Source: an uncultured bacterium (GTDB lineage Bacteria; Cloacimonadota; Cloacimonadia; Cloacimonadales; TCS61). From it: a stretch of 64,000 nucleotides of DNA. The translations under genes were made by a program, and so were the position numbers. Below, in pieces: positions 19,961 to 28,037 of this stretch. Below the pieces are notes generated by a model that saw nothing but the letters and a program-made list of their open reading frames with translations, had not been told where the DNA came from and did not search any database. Where the stretch lies: positions 2,030 to 66,029 of the forward strand of contig CBDUTJ010000013.1 of the NCBI GenBank assembly GCA_965370415.1, read 5' to 3'. Position 1 is the stretch's first letter. The number at the start of each line of letters is the position of its first letter.

Positions 19961-20135
19961 TATTCTCCGGCAAATTAGTTCTCTTTTACCAATTGGTACA
20001 ATTAAGCTATCAAATTTTGTATTTTTCATAACTTTATCAATCATTGGTTCAATTGTTTCATAGTGATTAATTGCATTATCCGCTACTATCATAGCATTCT
20101 GAATAATTTTTGAATTCTTTAAAAAATGAGAGCGT

Positions 20136-20378
20136 CTATAATAAAGATTTCAAAATTTCATCCCTGATCTTTTGTAAATTATTTTTTACTTCGACCCAAT
20201 CACTATAAAAGTAATATTCTCGTATATTCATTGAAGTTCCGTCTTTGAAATAAATAGTAAAATACCAATATCCCAAACTTGTAAAATCTCTGGATTTCAC
20301 ACTTTCCAAATCACCAATATTCTTAATCTTTGAGATATCGATTTCTTTACCATCAGGAAGAATATAAATTTCTAACAT
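20136..20378 (-). CDS. hypothetical 80-aa protein
   Basis: ORF only; no recognisable motif. It sits at the breakpoint that truncates the upstream isomerase-like gene. Confidence 0.35.
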   Translation of the reverse strand: MLEIYILPDGKEIDISKIKNIGDLESVKSRDFTSLGYWYFTIYFKDGTSMNIREYYFYSDWVEVKNNLQKIRDEILKSLL

Positions 20379-20524
20379 AATACATCACTATTTTTTAATA
20401 TACAAAATTTTTTCCCGTTTATACTGCAAATTTCAACGCCTTCAAAACCATATTTTTTTGCGGAATTCACAACTTCATCGATAGACCAATTCGGACATCC
20501 TAATGTACTGAATGCAAGTTTCAT
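20372..20524 (-). pseudogene. 5' fragment of a sugar-phosphate isomerase/epimerase (xylose-isomerase-like TIM barrel) gene
   Basis: Manual translation MKLAFSTLGCPNWSIDEVVNSAKKYGFEGVEICSINGKKF... matches the characteristic N-terminus of that family, then ends after 50 codons. Its ATG overlaps the upstream gene stop as TAATG, which suggests operon coupling. Confidence 0.5.
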
Positions 20525-21321
20525 TAATTTTTTCTTTTTGAAATGATATGTAATGCATTACCTAATAATATCATGTCTTTGTCCCTTTCCTTGATCGAAG
20601 CCTTTTGAACCTTCAGCAGAGACGATTTAATATACTGAAAAGGAGCATTACTGCCAAAGAGCATTCGTTTTGCTCCAAAGTCATTAATTGCCCTGACGAT
20701 AACCTCAATCAAACCAGGATTGCTGTGTCTTCCCTGCATTCTATCTATATCAAAGAACCAGTTATTACATTGAAGAAGATTATCTTTTTCAGCAAGTAGT
20801 TCAGGATATGCAGCTCCACTTAATATGAAAGTAACTTCGGGAAAATTGGAGATCACCTTTGCTGCTGATTTGATATTAAGAGGTGGAACTTTCATCAGCC
20901 AGTGATGTTGTCGTTCATCTTCTATTCTTATAGAAAGGATAACAGGAATTTTCTTTTCCTCTACCGCTGAAATTATTTCCAAAAAACAACTATCTCTAAG
21001 TTCATACCTGTGATAAGTTGGGAAAAGTCTCAATCCTTTGAATCCCATCCTATCAAAACAAGTCATAAATTCACCTTCCCAGCCGGGAAATGCAGGATTT
21101 ATAACTGCATAAGGAATAATGGTTTCAGGATATTTACTCGCTGCCTCAGCTACTTCAAGATTGCCTTCCATACAGTCTTTTGCCAATATCGAGTATATCG
21201 AATAAACAATAGCTCTGTCAATTCCTTCCTTTTTGAGTAGTTCAATTAACTTTTCAGCAGTTCTATGTTTCAGTTTCCTGAAAGGCCAATCACCAATTCC
21301 TATAAAGAAATCAATTATCAT
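20524..21321 (-). CDS. amidohydrolase-2-like TIM-barrel metal-dependent hydrolase
   Basis: 265 aa, similar in length and pattern to its two neighbours (..DWPF...; LFGSNAPF near the C-terminus). Overlaps the upstream gene by 4 nt. Confidence 0.65.
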   Translation of the reverse strand: MIIDFFIGIGDWPFRKLKHRTAEKLIELLKKEGIDRAIVYSIYSILAKDCMEGNLEVAEAASKYPETIIPYAVINPAFPGWEGEFMTCFDRMGFKGLRLFPTYHRYELRDSCFLEIISAVEEKKIPVILSIRIEDERQHHWLMKVPPLNIKSAAKVISNFPEVTFILSGAAYPELLAEKDNLLQCNNWFFDIDRMQGRHSNPGLIEVIVRAINDFGAKRMLFGSNAPFQYIKSSLLKVQKASIKERDKDMILLGNALHIISKRKN

Positions 21322-22073
21322 TCAAACCACCTTTTAAAAAGTCGTTTTGCGTTACCATAAAGAATCAGATTCTTTTGCTCATTTGTAATTTCAGCTCCTT
21401 CGATCTTTCCCAGGTTCGTCCAGAAACCTATATCAGGAAGGTCTGTACCGAAGAGAATCCTTTCCGCACCTAGTTCGTCCACTGCTTTTTCAATCATTCC
21501 ACTATCAACAATGCCGCCGGACAGATCGATGAGGACATTCGGGAAATATCGAATTGCTTTGATACCACGCTGCCAATCTCCTCCAATATGTGCCATAATG
21601 ATCGTTACCTGCGGAAACTCTCTGGCAAGCACTGCTATATCGGTTGGTGTTGATTCTCCCTGTAAACAACCTGTTATCTTAAACCAGGCATGCTGGAGAA
21701 TGGGAATATTATAAAACGCAGCTTTTCCCATTATCGGTCTATACAAAGGATCAGTGCAGACACAACCACACTCCAATTTAATCCCTATCATACCATATTC
21801 ATTCACAGCAAGATCTATCTCATCAAGCGATTCTTTTTGATATTCGGGATTTACATAGACCCAACCTTGAATATAACCATTTTCACGCTTCATCCATTCA
21901 TAAACACGAAGGTTATCTCCATGGAACTGCTCCGGTTTTGGCTTATAGGTATTATTACTAGGACAAAGACAGGAAACAATCATCTTTTCCACACCTGCCT
22001 TCTTTTCAAGTTCAATAGTATGTCGAAAGCTCCTATCATCATTCAGGTGCACATGTATATCAATTATTTTCAT
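21318..22073 (-). CDS. amidohydrolase family protein (HxH metal site)
   Basis: MKIIDIHVHL N-terminal HxH motif, IMAHIGG, and LFGTDLP near the C-terminus. These are typical of the amidohydrolase-2 (PF04909-like) family. Confidence 0.75.
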   Translation of the reverse strand: MKIIDIHVHLNDDRSFRHTIELEKKAGVEKMIVSCLCPSNNTYKPKPEQFHGDNLRVYEWMKRENGYIQGWVYVNPEYQKESLDEIDLAVNEYGMIGIKLECGCVCTDPLYRPIMGKAAFYNIPILQHAWFKITGCLQGESTPTDIAVLAREFPQVTIIMAHIGGDWQRGIKAIRYFPNVLIDLSGGIVDSGMIEKAVDELGAERILFGTDLPDIGFWTNLGKIEGAEITNEQKNLILYGNAKRLFKRWFE

Positions 22074-22093
22074 TTTTCATCTCTTTTCTATGT

Positions 22094-22399
22094 TTATTTA
22101 TTCAAATACAAATGATAGTCACAAACCTTCTTGATAGCCTTTGCAATATCTTCCGCATCTTCGAAAGTCATAAATTCATTGCATGGCAAAACCATCATTC
22201 TTGTAAGAACTTCTTCTGCATTAGGGCAGAGTCCTTTTTCATAAGTAACTTTCTTTCCATAAAGATGGCAATCGAACGGGCAGGAAGTTTTTCCATAGAT
22301 ATTCATATTCTTAATGCAATCAAAGAGATAGACAGGAATTCTAAGGCAGGGATAGGTTACTGGCTTTCCTTCATTTGCAGTTCTGATAAAATAATTCAT
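22094..22399 (-). pseudogene. possible C-terminal fragment of a DegT/DnrJ/EryC1-type PLP aminotransferase
   Basis: The 101-aa ORF ends ...YEKGLCPNAEEVLTRMMVLPCNEFMTFEDAEDIAKAIKKV, the usual C-terminal pattern of that family. The ~250-aa N-terminal PLP domain is absent and the upstream 67-aa ORF is unrelated. Confidence 0.35.
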
Positions 22400-22602
22400 T
22401 GTTCAATAATGTCTCCAATTTTCCTTTATCTTAAAACATTTACTAAACTCATCCTCCCCCCTATTCGGTGGAGTTGATTCACTCTTCTCCCGGACAGGAG
22501 AGCTTTCAATGGATGAGGAAGGAAAAAATTCATGAAAATCGCTGTCTTCATTTACCCAATTTTCATGTTGCGAGACTTTGCGTTGAGAATAATTTTCATT
22601 TT

Positions 22603-23337
22603 TCAAAATCCTAATAATTGCATCAAATTTTCACCTGCTATCATTGCTTTTTCTTCTTTCGATATACGTGCATATTTCACTACCATAATTAATGGAACGG
22701 GATTGAAAAATGGTGTGGCAGAACCAAATAGCAATCGATTTGCTCCAAACTTTTTGCAGACATCCTCGATTCCATAGTAGAATTGAAAAAAAGAAGTGTC
22801 AATACACAGATTTGGTGTTTCAGAAAGTAATGCGTATATATCCCGGTTCAATCGGAAAGGAGCTCTCGTTAATACTACTGGAAGATTAGGATATCTTGAG
22901 CAAATAGAATAAAGTTGATCAAAATTAGTTTCTTCAAAGTCGATGAAAAGTGGAATATTTCTTTCCTCTAAAATATTTAACAAGACTCCTGCACTCCATT
23001 CTGTTAAAGTCCAGTTATGAGCTTTTGGGAAAATCCTTACTGCACGAATTCCCTTTTCCAGTATTACATAAATTAATTCTTCCGATACCGGCATTTCTCC
23101 GGTATAATGGGGAAACAGAACCCAGCACGGATATAAATTCTTGTATTTACCAATTTCTTCTAAAAGTTTCTGATTGCCAACAGCCGGGTTGTATTCTCTG
23201 GAAAAAGAATGATAAACCAAGGCATTATCGATGTTAAATCTATTCATTGTTTTAATTAACTCTTTTGAGGTTTCCAAGCTTTTTGGTATTGGAACAGACA
23301 GTTTCCCAAAACAACAGTTAGAATCAAAAAAATTCAT
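22603..23337 (-). CDS. amidohydrolase-2-like TIM-barrel hydrolase
   Basis: 244 aa, paralogous in pattern to 20524 and 21318 (LLFGSATPF near the C-terminus). Confidence 0.6.
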   Translation of the reverse strand: MNFFDSNCCFGKLSVPIPKSLETSKELIKTMNRFNIDNALVYHSFSREYNPAVGNQKLLEEIGKYKNLYPCWVLFPHYTGEMPVSEELIYVILEKGIRAVRIFPKAHNWTLTEWSAGVLLNILEERNIPLFIDFEETNFDQLYSICSRYPNLPVVLTRAPFRLNRDIYALLSETPNLCIDTSFFQFYYGIEDVCKKFGANRLLFGSATPFFNPVPLIMVVKYARISKEEKAMIAGENLMQLLGF

Positions 23338-23529
23338 AAATTACACCTTTAACCTTTATATTTAGTGCATATTCTTAATATTAAGAAAAATATTGGGCTG
23401 AATTTTAATCAAATCCAGCCCTGTGATGTTTTTAACTAGTTTGAGCTGTTAACTTTGTGTTGAACTGATATTAACATTATTTTTCCCTTTTTCTTTGTCT
23501 TTTGCTATTTCATCAGGACTTGTCCGCCA

Positions 23530-26500
23530 TTATTTTAGGAGGATCATTTTCTTAACAGAAGTATATCTCCCACTGTTGCCTTCTGAAATCATCTTATAGA
23601 AATAAATCCCGCTGGAAACAGATTTGCCGTTCTCATCTTTTCCATCCCATACAACTGAATGCTGACCTGCTGAAAGCTGACCACTGACGAGCTGTTTCAC
23701 TTTTTGACCTTTCAAATTGTAGATCACAAGCTCCGTGTTCTCCGTGCTCTCTGTGGTTGTAAAAGAGAATGTAGTGGTTGGATTAAACGGATTAGGATAA
23801 TTCTGATACAATCGGGCTTTGGTAATCTCCAGAATGATCTGTTCATCAATATTTGTTATTGTATGATTGCATGTGAATATCACTTCCCTGGTTTCTCCTT
23901 CTGCTAATGAAGGTTGTCCCTGATACCAGATATACATTAAAGCAAAGTTATCTTCAACCACAACCGCAATTGCGTCGGTATAAATAATTTGAATATCTTC
24001 TGCTTTCAGGGGTAGAATTATTGCTGGATGTCGCTCTCCCCATTTACTGGTAAAACCTGGATTCCCTTCTCTGTTCATGGTGATCCTATATGTTATGGTA
24101 TCTCTTTCGGTACCTTCATTTATAGTCAGTTCATTTGTAAACAGCGGTTCCATGAACACACCTTCATTGGACATCTTTATGTCCATTCCCGGATCTCCAT
24201 ACAGAGCTGAACCGTTCAGATCGTTTGGACTAGCTCCGGGAGTGCTATTCAGCATATCGAATTTCAAAGCAATGTTACTAAGGAAATATGATTCCGCCCA
24301 GGTATTACTTCTGGCAACTTTATAGAAATACGCTTTTGTTCCGCCATGCTGACAGGAACTTCCTCCTTCCCCAATCAAATAACCTGTATATTGATAGGCT
24401 CCAGCTGTATGAATCCAGCAAGGAGCCATGCTGCTTCCACCCAAAATTTGACCGATATTACAATTACCAAGTCCGAAAAAAATCTTTGGGGTATCGGAAT
24501 CTATATTAATATCAGGTCCACTATAAGGATCTCCATAAGCCTGTCCGTTACTGGAGCGGAAAAAACCTTCCTGACCTGAAGTTGGATAATGCAATTGCCA
24601 CTGGTTGTGATTCCCGTGTCCACTGGTTACAAATATATCCACCGGATCATAATTAAAAATATCAACGCCTTCATTTACCATTGTAACCAGCCATTCTGTT
24701 CTATCTGTAGGTCCATCATTGAATTCGACGACTTCCAGAGCATCAGGATATTTCACATAATAGCGATTATAAGTAGCTTCGCTTGTAGATATTCCCTGAG
24801 TGTAATAATTTACATTACAGGAAGTAGTTCCACCAATACAGGTTTTCACCTCAAATCCGGTAGGTCCGGAAACAAGGTTAAGTGCATCTTGAGCATTATA
24901 TCCTGTGATGATCCCCCACACTGCATCGCAATATGCATCATCATCCAATGCTCTGGTAAAAGGCCAGACATAACTCTGAATAAAATTCGGTGATGCTGTT
25001 GACATATCACAGATAAATCCAATATGACTCGGATAATATTCAGCAACATCATCTTGAACTTCGTTTAGTGAACTTTCCCAAATAAAAAGCTGCCCGCCAT
25101 AACGTGCCAGAAGAGCATCTGCAACTGCCTGCCAATCCGGGTCGTTATAGGTTGTTTGCTTGATGATAACTGCATAGGTAAGCGGTGGAGGTTCTACATA
25201 ACTAATTATGAATGTTCCATCTGAAATATCTTCAGCAAAATTATTGGAAGCATCGAATACTTGCACTTTTATCAGGCATTCTTCGGAAGGAGTATTTGGA
25301 ACCTGCCAGGAAAAGTTCTGTGGGTTTCCTGCATGGCTAACAATGAATGTCCAGTTTATTCCATTATCGATCGAATAAAAGACACTGTCTGTAACAACAC
25401 CAACATTATCATCAGAATTCCAGGTGACGGAATGCCATTCATACGTTCCCCAATCTTCACCACCATTCGGTTCGATAACTTCTACTGTGGGCGGCGTAAC
25501 ATCCGCATCGATCGTGAATACAGCATCGGAAATATCTGTTGCAGAATTAGCTCCTCCGTCATAAACTATTACTTTTACCAAACATTCTGTGGAAGGTGTA
25601 TTGGGAATAAGCCATTCACAAACCTGAGGATTTCCGCTGTGAGATGCAATGAATATCCAATTCGTTCCATTATCAATAGAATAGAATACGCTATCGGAAT
25701 TAATGACCAAATAAACCTCGGCAGTCCACTGGATCTGGTGTATTTCACCAACTACCCACACTTCTCCTCCATTGGGAATATCTACAGTTACAGTAGAATT
25801 CAAGGCAAAATCAATTGTTGTGGTAATGTCTACAATAATTTCTACTTCTGTTACTTCGCCCAAAATATAAGAATAACCTGCATCACAGGTAACAGTATAA
25901 TTACCTACCAACTCACTTACCAAAAGACTATCAATGATATAATATCCATCAGCATTGGTGAAGCCAGTATATTCAACTCTGGCCTGACTAATAGCAGTTA
26001 TAAGAGCATCTTCAATAGGTTCATTAGTATTAGCATCTGTTACTGTTCCATTAAGAGAACCATAGAGGATTATTGGTTCCAGAATGAAATCATATGTAAC
26101 AGTTTGACCTTCTAACACTTCTACAACATCAGAAGAATCATAATATCCTTCAGCTGTGCAGGTAATATCATGTATACCAACAGGAATATATTCTAAAAGA
26201 TAAGTCCCATCAAATTCAGTAATATCTGAGATATTACCAATAGATACAATAGCCCCCTCAATGGGTTCTCCAGTATCAAGGTCTGTTACAGTTCCATCAA
26301 CATTGCCAAAAGCATATAGTATAGCTATACCCTTATCAGTAATGATATCCATCACCCCAAAGGAATCGTAGAAGTAAACATCTCCAAAAGTAAGAGAATC
26401 TCCAATGGTGCTTAAAACCTGAAATACGATGTCTGCAATTAGCCCTTCCCCTTCAGGTGCCTCAAGCGTATCTGTGCCTGCTAATGTATAAGCAATACTT

Positions 26501-26883
26501 AAGACACCGGGAGTAGAAGTATCAATCATCCAGCCAAGTGCAGTGCCACCATTAGTTGTAAGAATGTTCGGTTCATAAGTAATGGGATTTATAGCAGTAG
26601 CGGTTATATACTCAAGCTGATTTGAGTTATAGTTAGCTTCAAATTCATAAGTGTCTAAATTATGAACATTTATAGCATAGACATCCAACCTTATGTAATC
26701 ACCCACACCAGGTGTTGTCATTGTAGTATCATTCTGGTTGCCATAAGTTGTAGTATTCAAGTCAAATCTTATACCAGCATTCTCATTAGGACCTCTTTTA
26801 TTCCTAAAAGTATCCGGAGCTGTTTGAGCTATCAGTAAAGCTGTAATTACAAATAGACATAATAAAATAATTAATTTTTTCAT
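23530..26883 (-). CDS. large secreted multidomain protein: cohesin-like module, carboxypeptidase-regulatory-like domains, Ig-like repeats, possible clan-CD-like peptidase region, T9SS sorting domain
   Basis: Start at MKKLIILL (GGAGGG RBS). The N-terminal module is paralogous to 27001 and 28038. GTVTDLDTGEPIEGAIVSIGN and GTVTDANTNEPIEDALITA are CarboxypepD_reg-like. There are two copies of VFYSIDNG.NW.FI.SH.GNPQ. ...VTSGHGNHNQW... and ...FFGLGNCNIGQ... are present. C-terminus [14 protein letters not shown]...GIYFYKM...VKKMILLK. Confidence 0.8.
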   Translation of the reverse strand: MKKLIILLCLFVITALLIAQTAPDTFRNKRGPNENAGIRFDLNTTTYGNQNDTTMTTPGVGDYIRLDVYAINVHNLDTYEFEANYNSNQLEYITATAINPITYEPNILTTNGGTALGWMIDTSTPGVLSIAYTLAGTDTLEAPEGEGLIADIVFQVLSTIGDSLTFGDVYFYDSFGVMDIITDKGIAILYAFGNVDGTVTDLDTGEPIEGAIVSIGNISDITEFDGTYLLEYIPVGIHDITCTAEGYYDSSDVVEVLEGQTVTYDFILEPIILYGSLNGTVTDANTNEPIEDALITAISQARVEYTGFTNADGYYIIDSLLVSELVGNYTVTCDAGYSYILGEVTEVEIIVDITTTIDFALNSTVTVDIPNGGEVWVVGEIHQIQWTAEVYLVINSDSVFYSIDNGTNWIFIASHSGNPQVCEWLIPNTPSTECLVKVIVYDGGANSATDISDAVFTIDADVTPPTVEVIEPNGGEDWGTYEWHSVTWNSDDNVGVVTDSVFYSIDNGINWTFIVSHAGNPQNFSWQVPNTPSEECLIKVQVFDASNNFAEDISDGTFIISYVEPPPLTYAVIIKQTTYNDPDWQAVADALLARYGGQLFIWESSLNEVQDDVAEYYPSHIGFICDMSTASPNFIQSYVWPFTRALDDDAYCDAVWGIITGYNAQDALNLVSGPTGFEVKTCIGGTTSCNVNYYTQGISTSEATYNRYYVKYPDALEVVEFNDGPTDRTEWLVTMVNEGVDIFNYDPVDIFVTSGHGNHNQWQLHYPTSGQEGFFRSSNGQAYGDPYSGPDINIDSDTPKIFFGLGNCNIGQILGGSSMAPCWIHTAGAYQYTGYLIGEGGSSCQHGGTKAYFYKVARSNTWAESYFLSNIALKFDMLNSTPGASPNDLNGSALYGDPGMDIKMSNEGVFMEPLFTNELTINEGTERDTITYRITMNREGNPGFTSKWGERHPAIILPLKAEDIQIIYTDAIAVVVEDNFALMYIWYQGQPSLAEGETREVIFTCNHTITNIDEQIILEITKARLYQNYPNPFNPTTTFSFTTTESTENTELVIYNLKGQKVKQLVSGQLSAGQHSVVWDGKDENGKSVSSGIYFYKMISEGNSGRYTSVKKMILLK

Positions 26884-27000
26884 CTTTTCCCTCCATAAAT
26901 ATAAGGAAAAAATAAAGATATTTCTTATTGATATTAACATTATATTTTCCTTATGTTGTTCTTTCTACCAAATATCGCATTGGGAGAAAGATTTATTAAT

Positions 27001-27771
27001 TTAATTATTTGCAGTAATTCTGTAAAACTTTTTTAAACCAACAATATCAATAATTACTTCACCAATATCAGTCACTGTAGCTTCCAGAGTATTAAACAAA
27101 CCATTTGGATCATCATCGCTGTAAATATTGTATTCCAAACCCTCGTTAACCCAGGTGATTTTGATACTATCTCCATCAGCAACTATTTCAATATTTACAT
27201 TTTCAGGTGGATCAGGAAGTAGTATAGTTAATATAGCAGTACCCTTATCGGTGATGATATCCATAACCCCAAAGGAATTGTAGTAGTAAACATCTCCAAA
27301 GCTCAGCGTTCCATAAGTATCTACAAGAGACAGAAATACAATGTCTGCAATTAGTCCCTCTCCTTCCGGTGCTTCAAGAGGATCTGTGCCTGCTAATGTA
27401 TAAGCAAGGCTTAGGACTCCCGGAGTAGAAGTATCAATCATCCAACCGAGTGCAGTACCACCATTAGATTCAAGGATGTTCCCTTCAAAAGTGATGGGAT
27501 TTGTAGCTGTAGCTGTTACATATTCAAGCTCTGATGAGTTATAGATTACTTCAAACTCATAGGTATCTAAATTTTGAACTTCAGTACAATACACATCTAA
27601 ACGTATATAAGTTCCTGCAGATTGTGAGGGTACGCTGGTCAGATTCTGGTTACCGGGAGTGGTTGCATCCAGATCAAAAACTATACCTGCATTCTCATTT
27701 GGACCGGCAAAAACTAGTGACCTGAAAAATAAACTTATCCCTAATATTAAAATTAATCTTTTCTTTTTCAT
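27001..27771 (-). CDS. secreted cohesin-like module protein with FN3-like C-terminus (no T9SS domain)
   Basis: Signal peptide. The module GPNENAGIVFDLDATTPGNQN...LIADIVFLSLVDTYGTLSFGDVY is essentially identical to part of the 28038 gene. C-terminus PPENVNIEIV...ITWVNEGLEYNIYSDDDP...KKFYRITA. Confidence 0.8.
   Translation of the reverse strand: MKKKRLILILGISLFFRSLVFAGPNENAGIVFDLDATTPGNQNLTSVPSQSAGTYIRLDVYCTEVQNLDTYEFEVIYNSSELEYVTATATNPITFEGNILESNGGTALGWMIDTSTPGVLSLAYTLAGTDPLEAPEGEGLIADIVFLSLVDTYGTLSFGDVYYYNSFGVMDIITDKGTAILTILLPDPPENVNIEIVADGDSIKITWVNEGLEYNIYSDDDPNGLFNTLEATVTDIGEVIIDIVGLKKFYRITANN
27241..27705 (-). repeat. near-identical duplicated segment (copy A) of the cohesin-like module
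   Basis: Aligns at a constant offset of 1841 nt with 29082-29546. The core at about 27309-27692 looks base-for-base identical by eye, and identical spurious plus-strand ORFs appear in the track at 27534 and 29375. Confidence 0.8.
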
Positions 27772-28037
27772 TTTTTTTCCTTTATTCCATATAAATAAAG
27801 GATTTTCTATTTTTCGACTATCCCCGATGCAAGCATACGAGGTATTTCACCGAAAAATTAACACTTCGTGTTACCGAAAATCCTCAAAACAAAAATATTT
27901 TTTCAGAAACCCCGGGGCAAGCCCCCGAGGAATTCTTTAGATTAAATACAGAACTCTTTCTCTTTTTTTTTTGATTAAACCATTGCGAAGGTCAAGATGC
28001 CTTTGATAGTATCACAACCTTCGCAAGGTTTTTATCA

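Noticed and set aside
25261-26115. 284-aa plus-strand ORF, and other long antisense or alternate-frame ORFs (e.g. 33067-33678, 21690-22115, 24589-24993, 35003-35365, 3400-3738, 616-807)
   Set aside because: They lie entirely inside, or opposite, much longer ORFs with clear domain content. They have low-complexity or Cys/Ile/Ser-rich composition and lack RBSs, so they are typical shadow ORFs.
27983-28034. Hairpin TTGCGAAGGT...ACCTTCGCAA + GGTTTTT as a terminator for the 28038 gene
   Set aside because: The U-run follows the hairpin only in plus sense, whereas the adjacent genes are minus-strand. It cannot be assigned as their intrinsic terminator and its function is left open.
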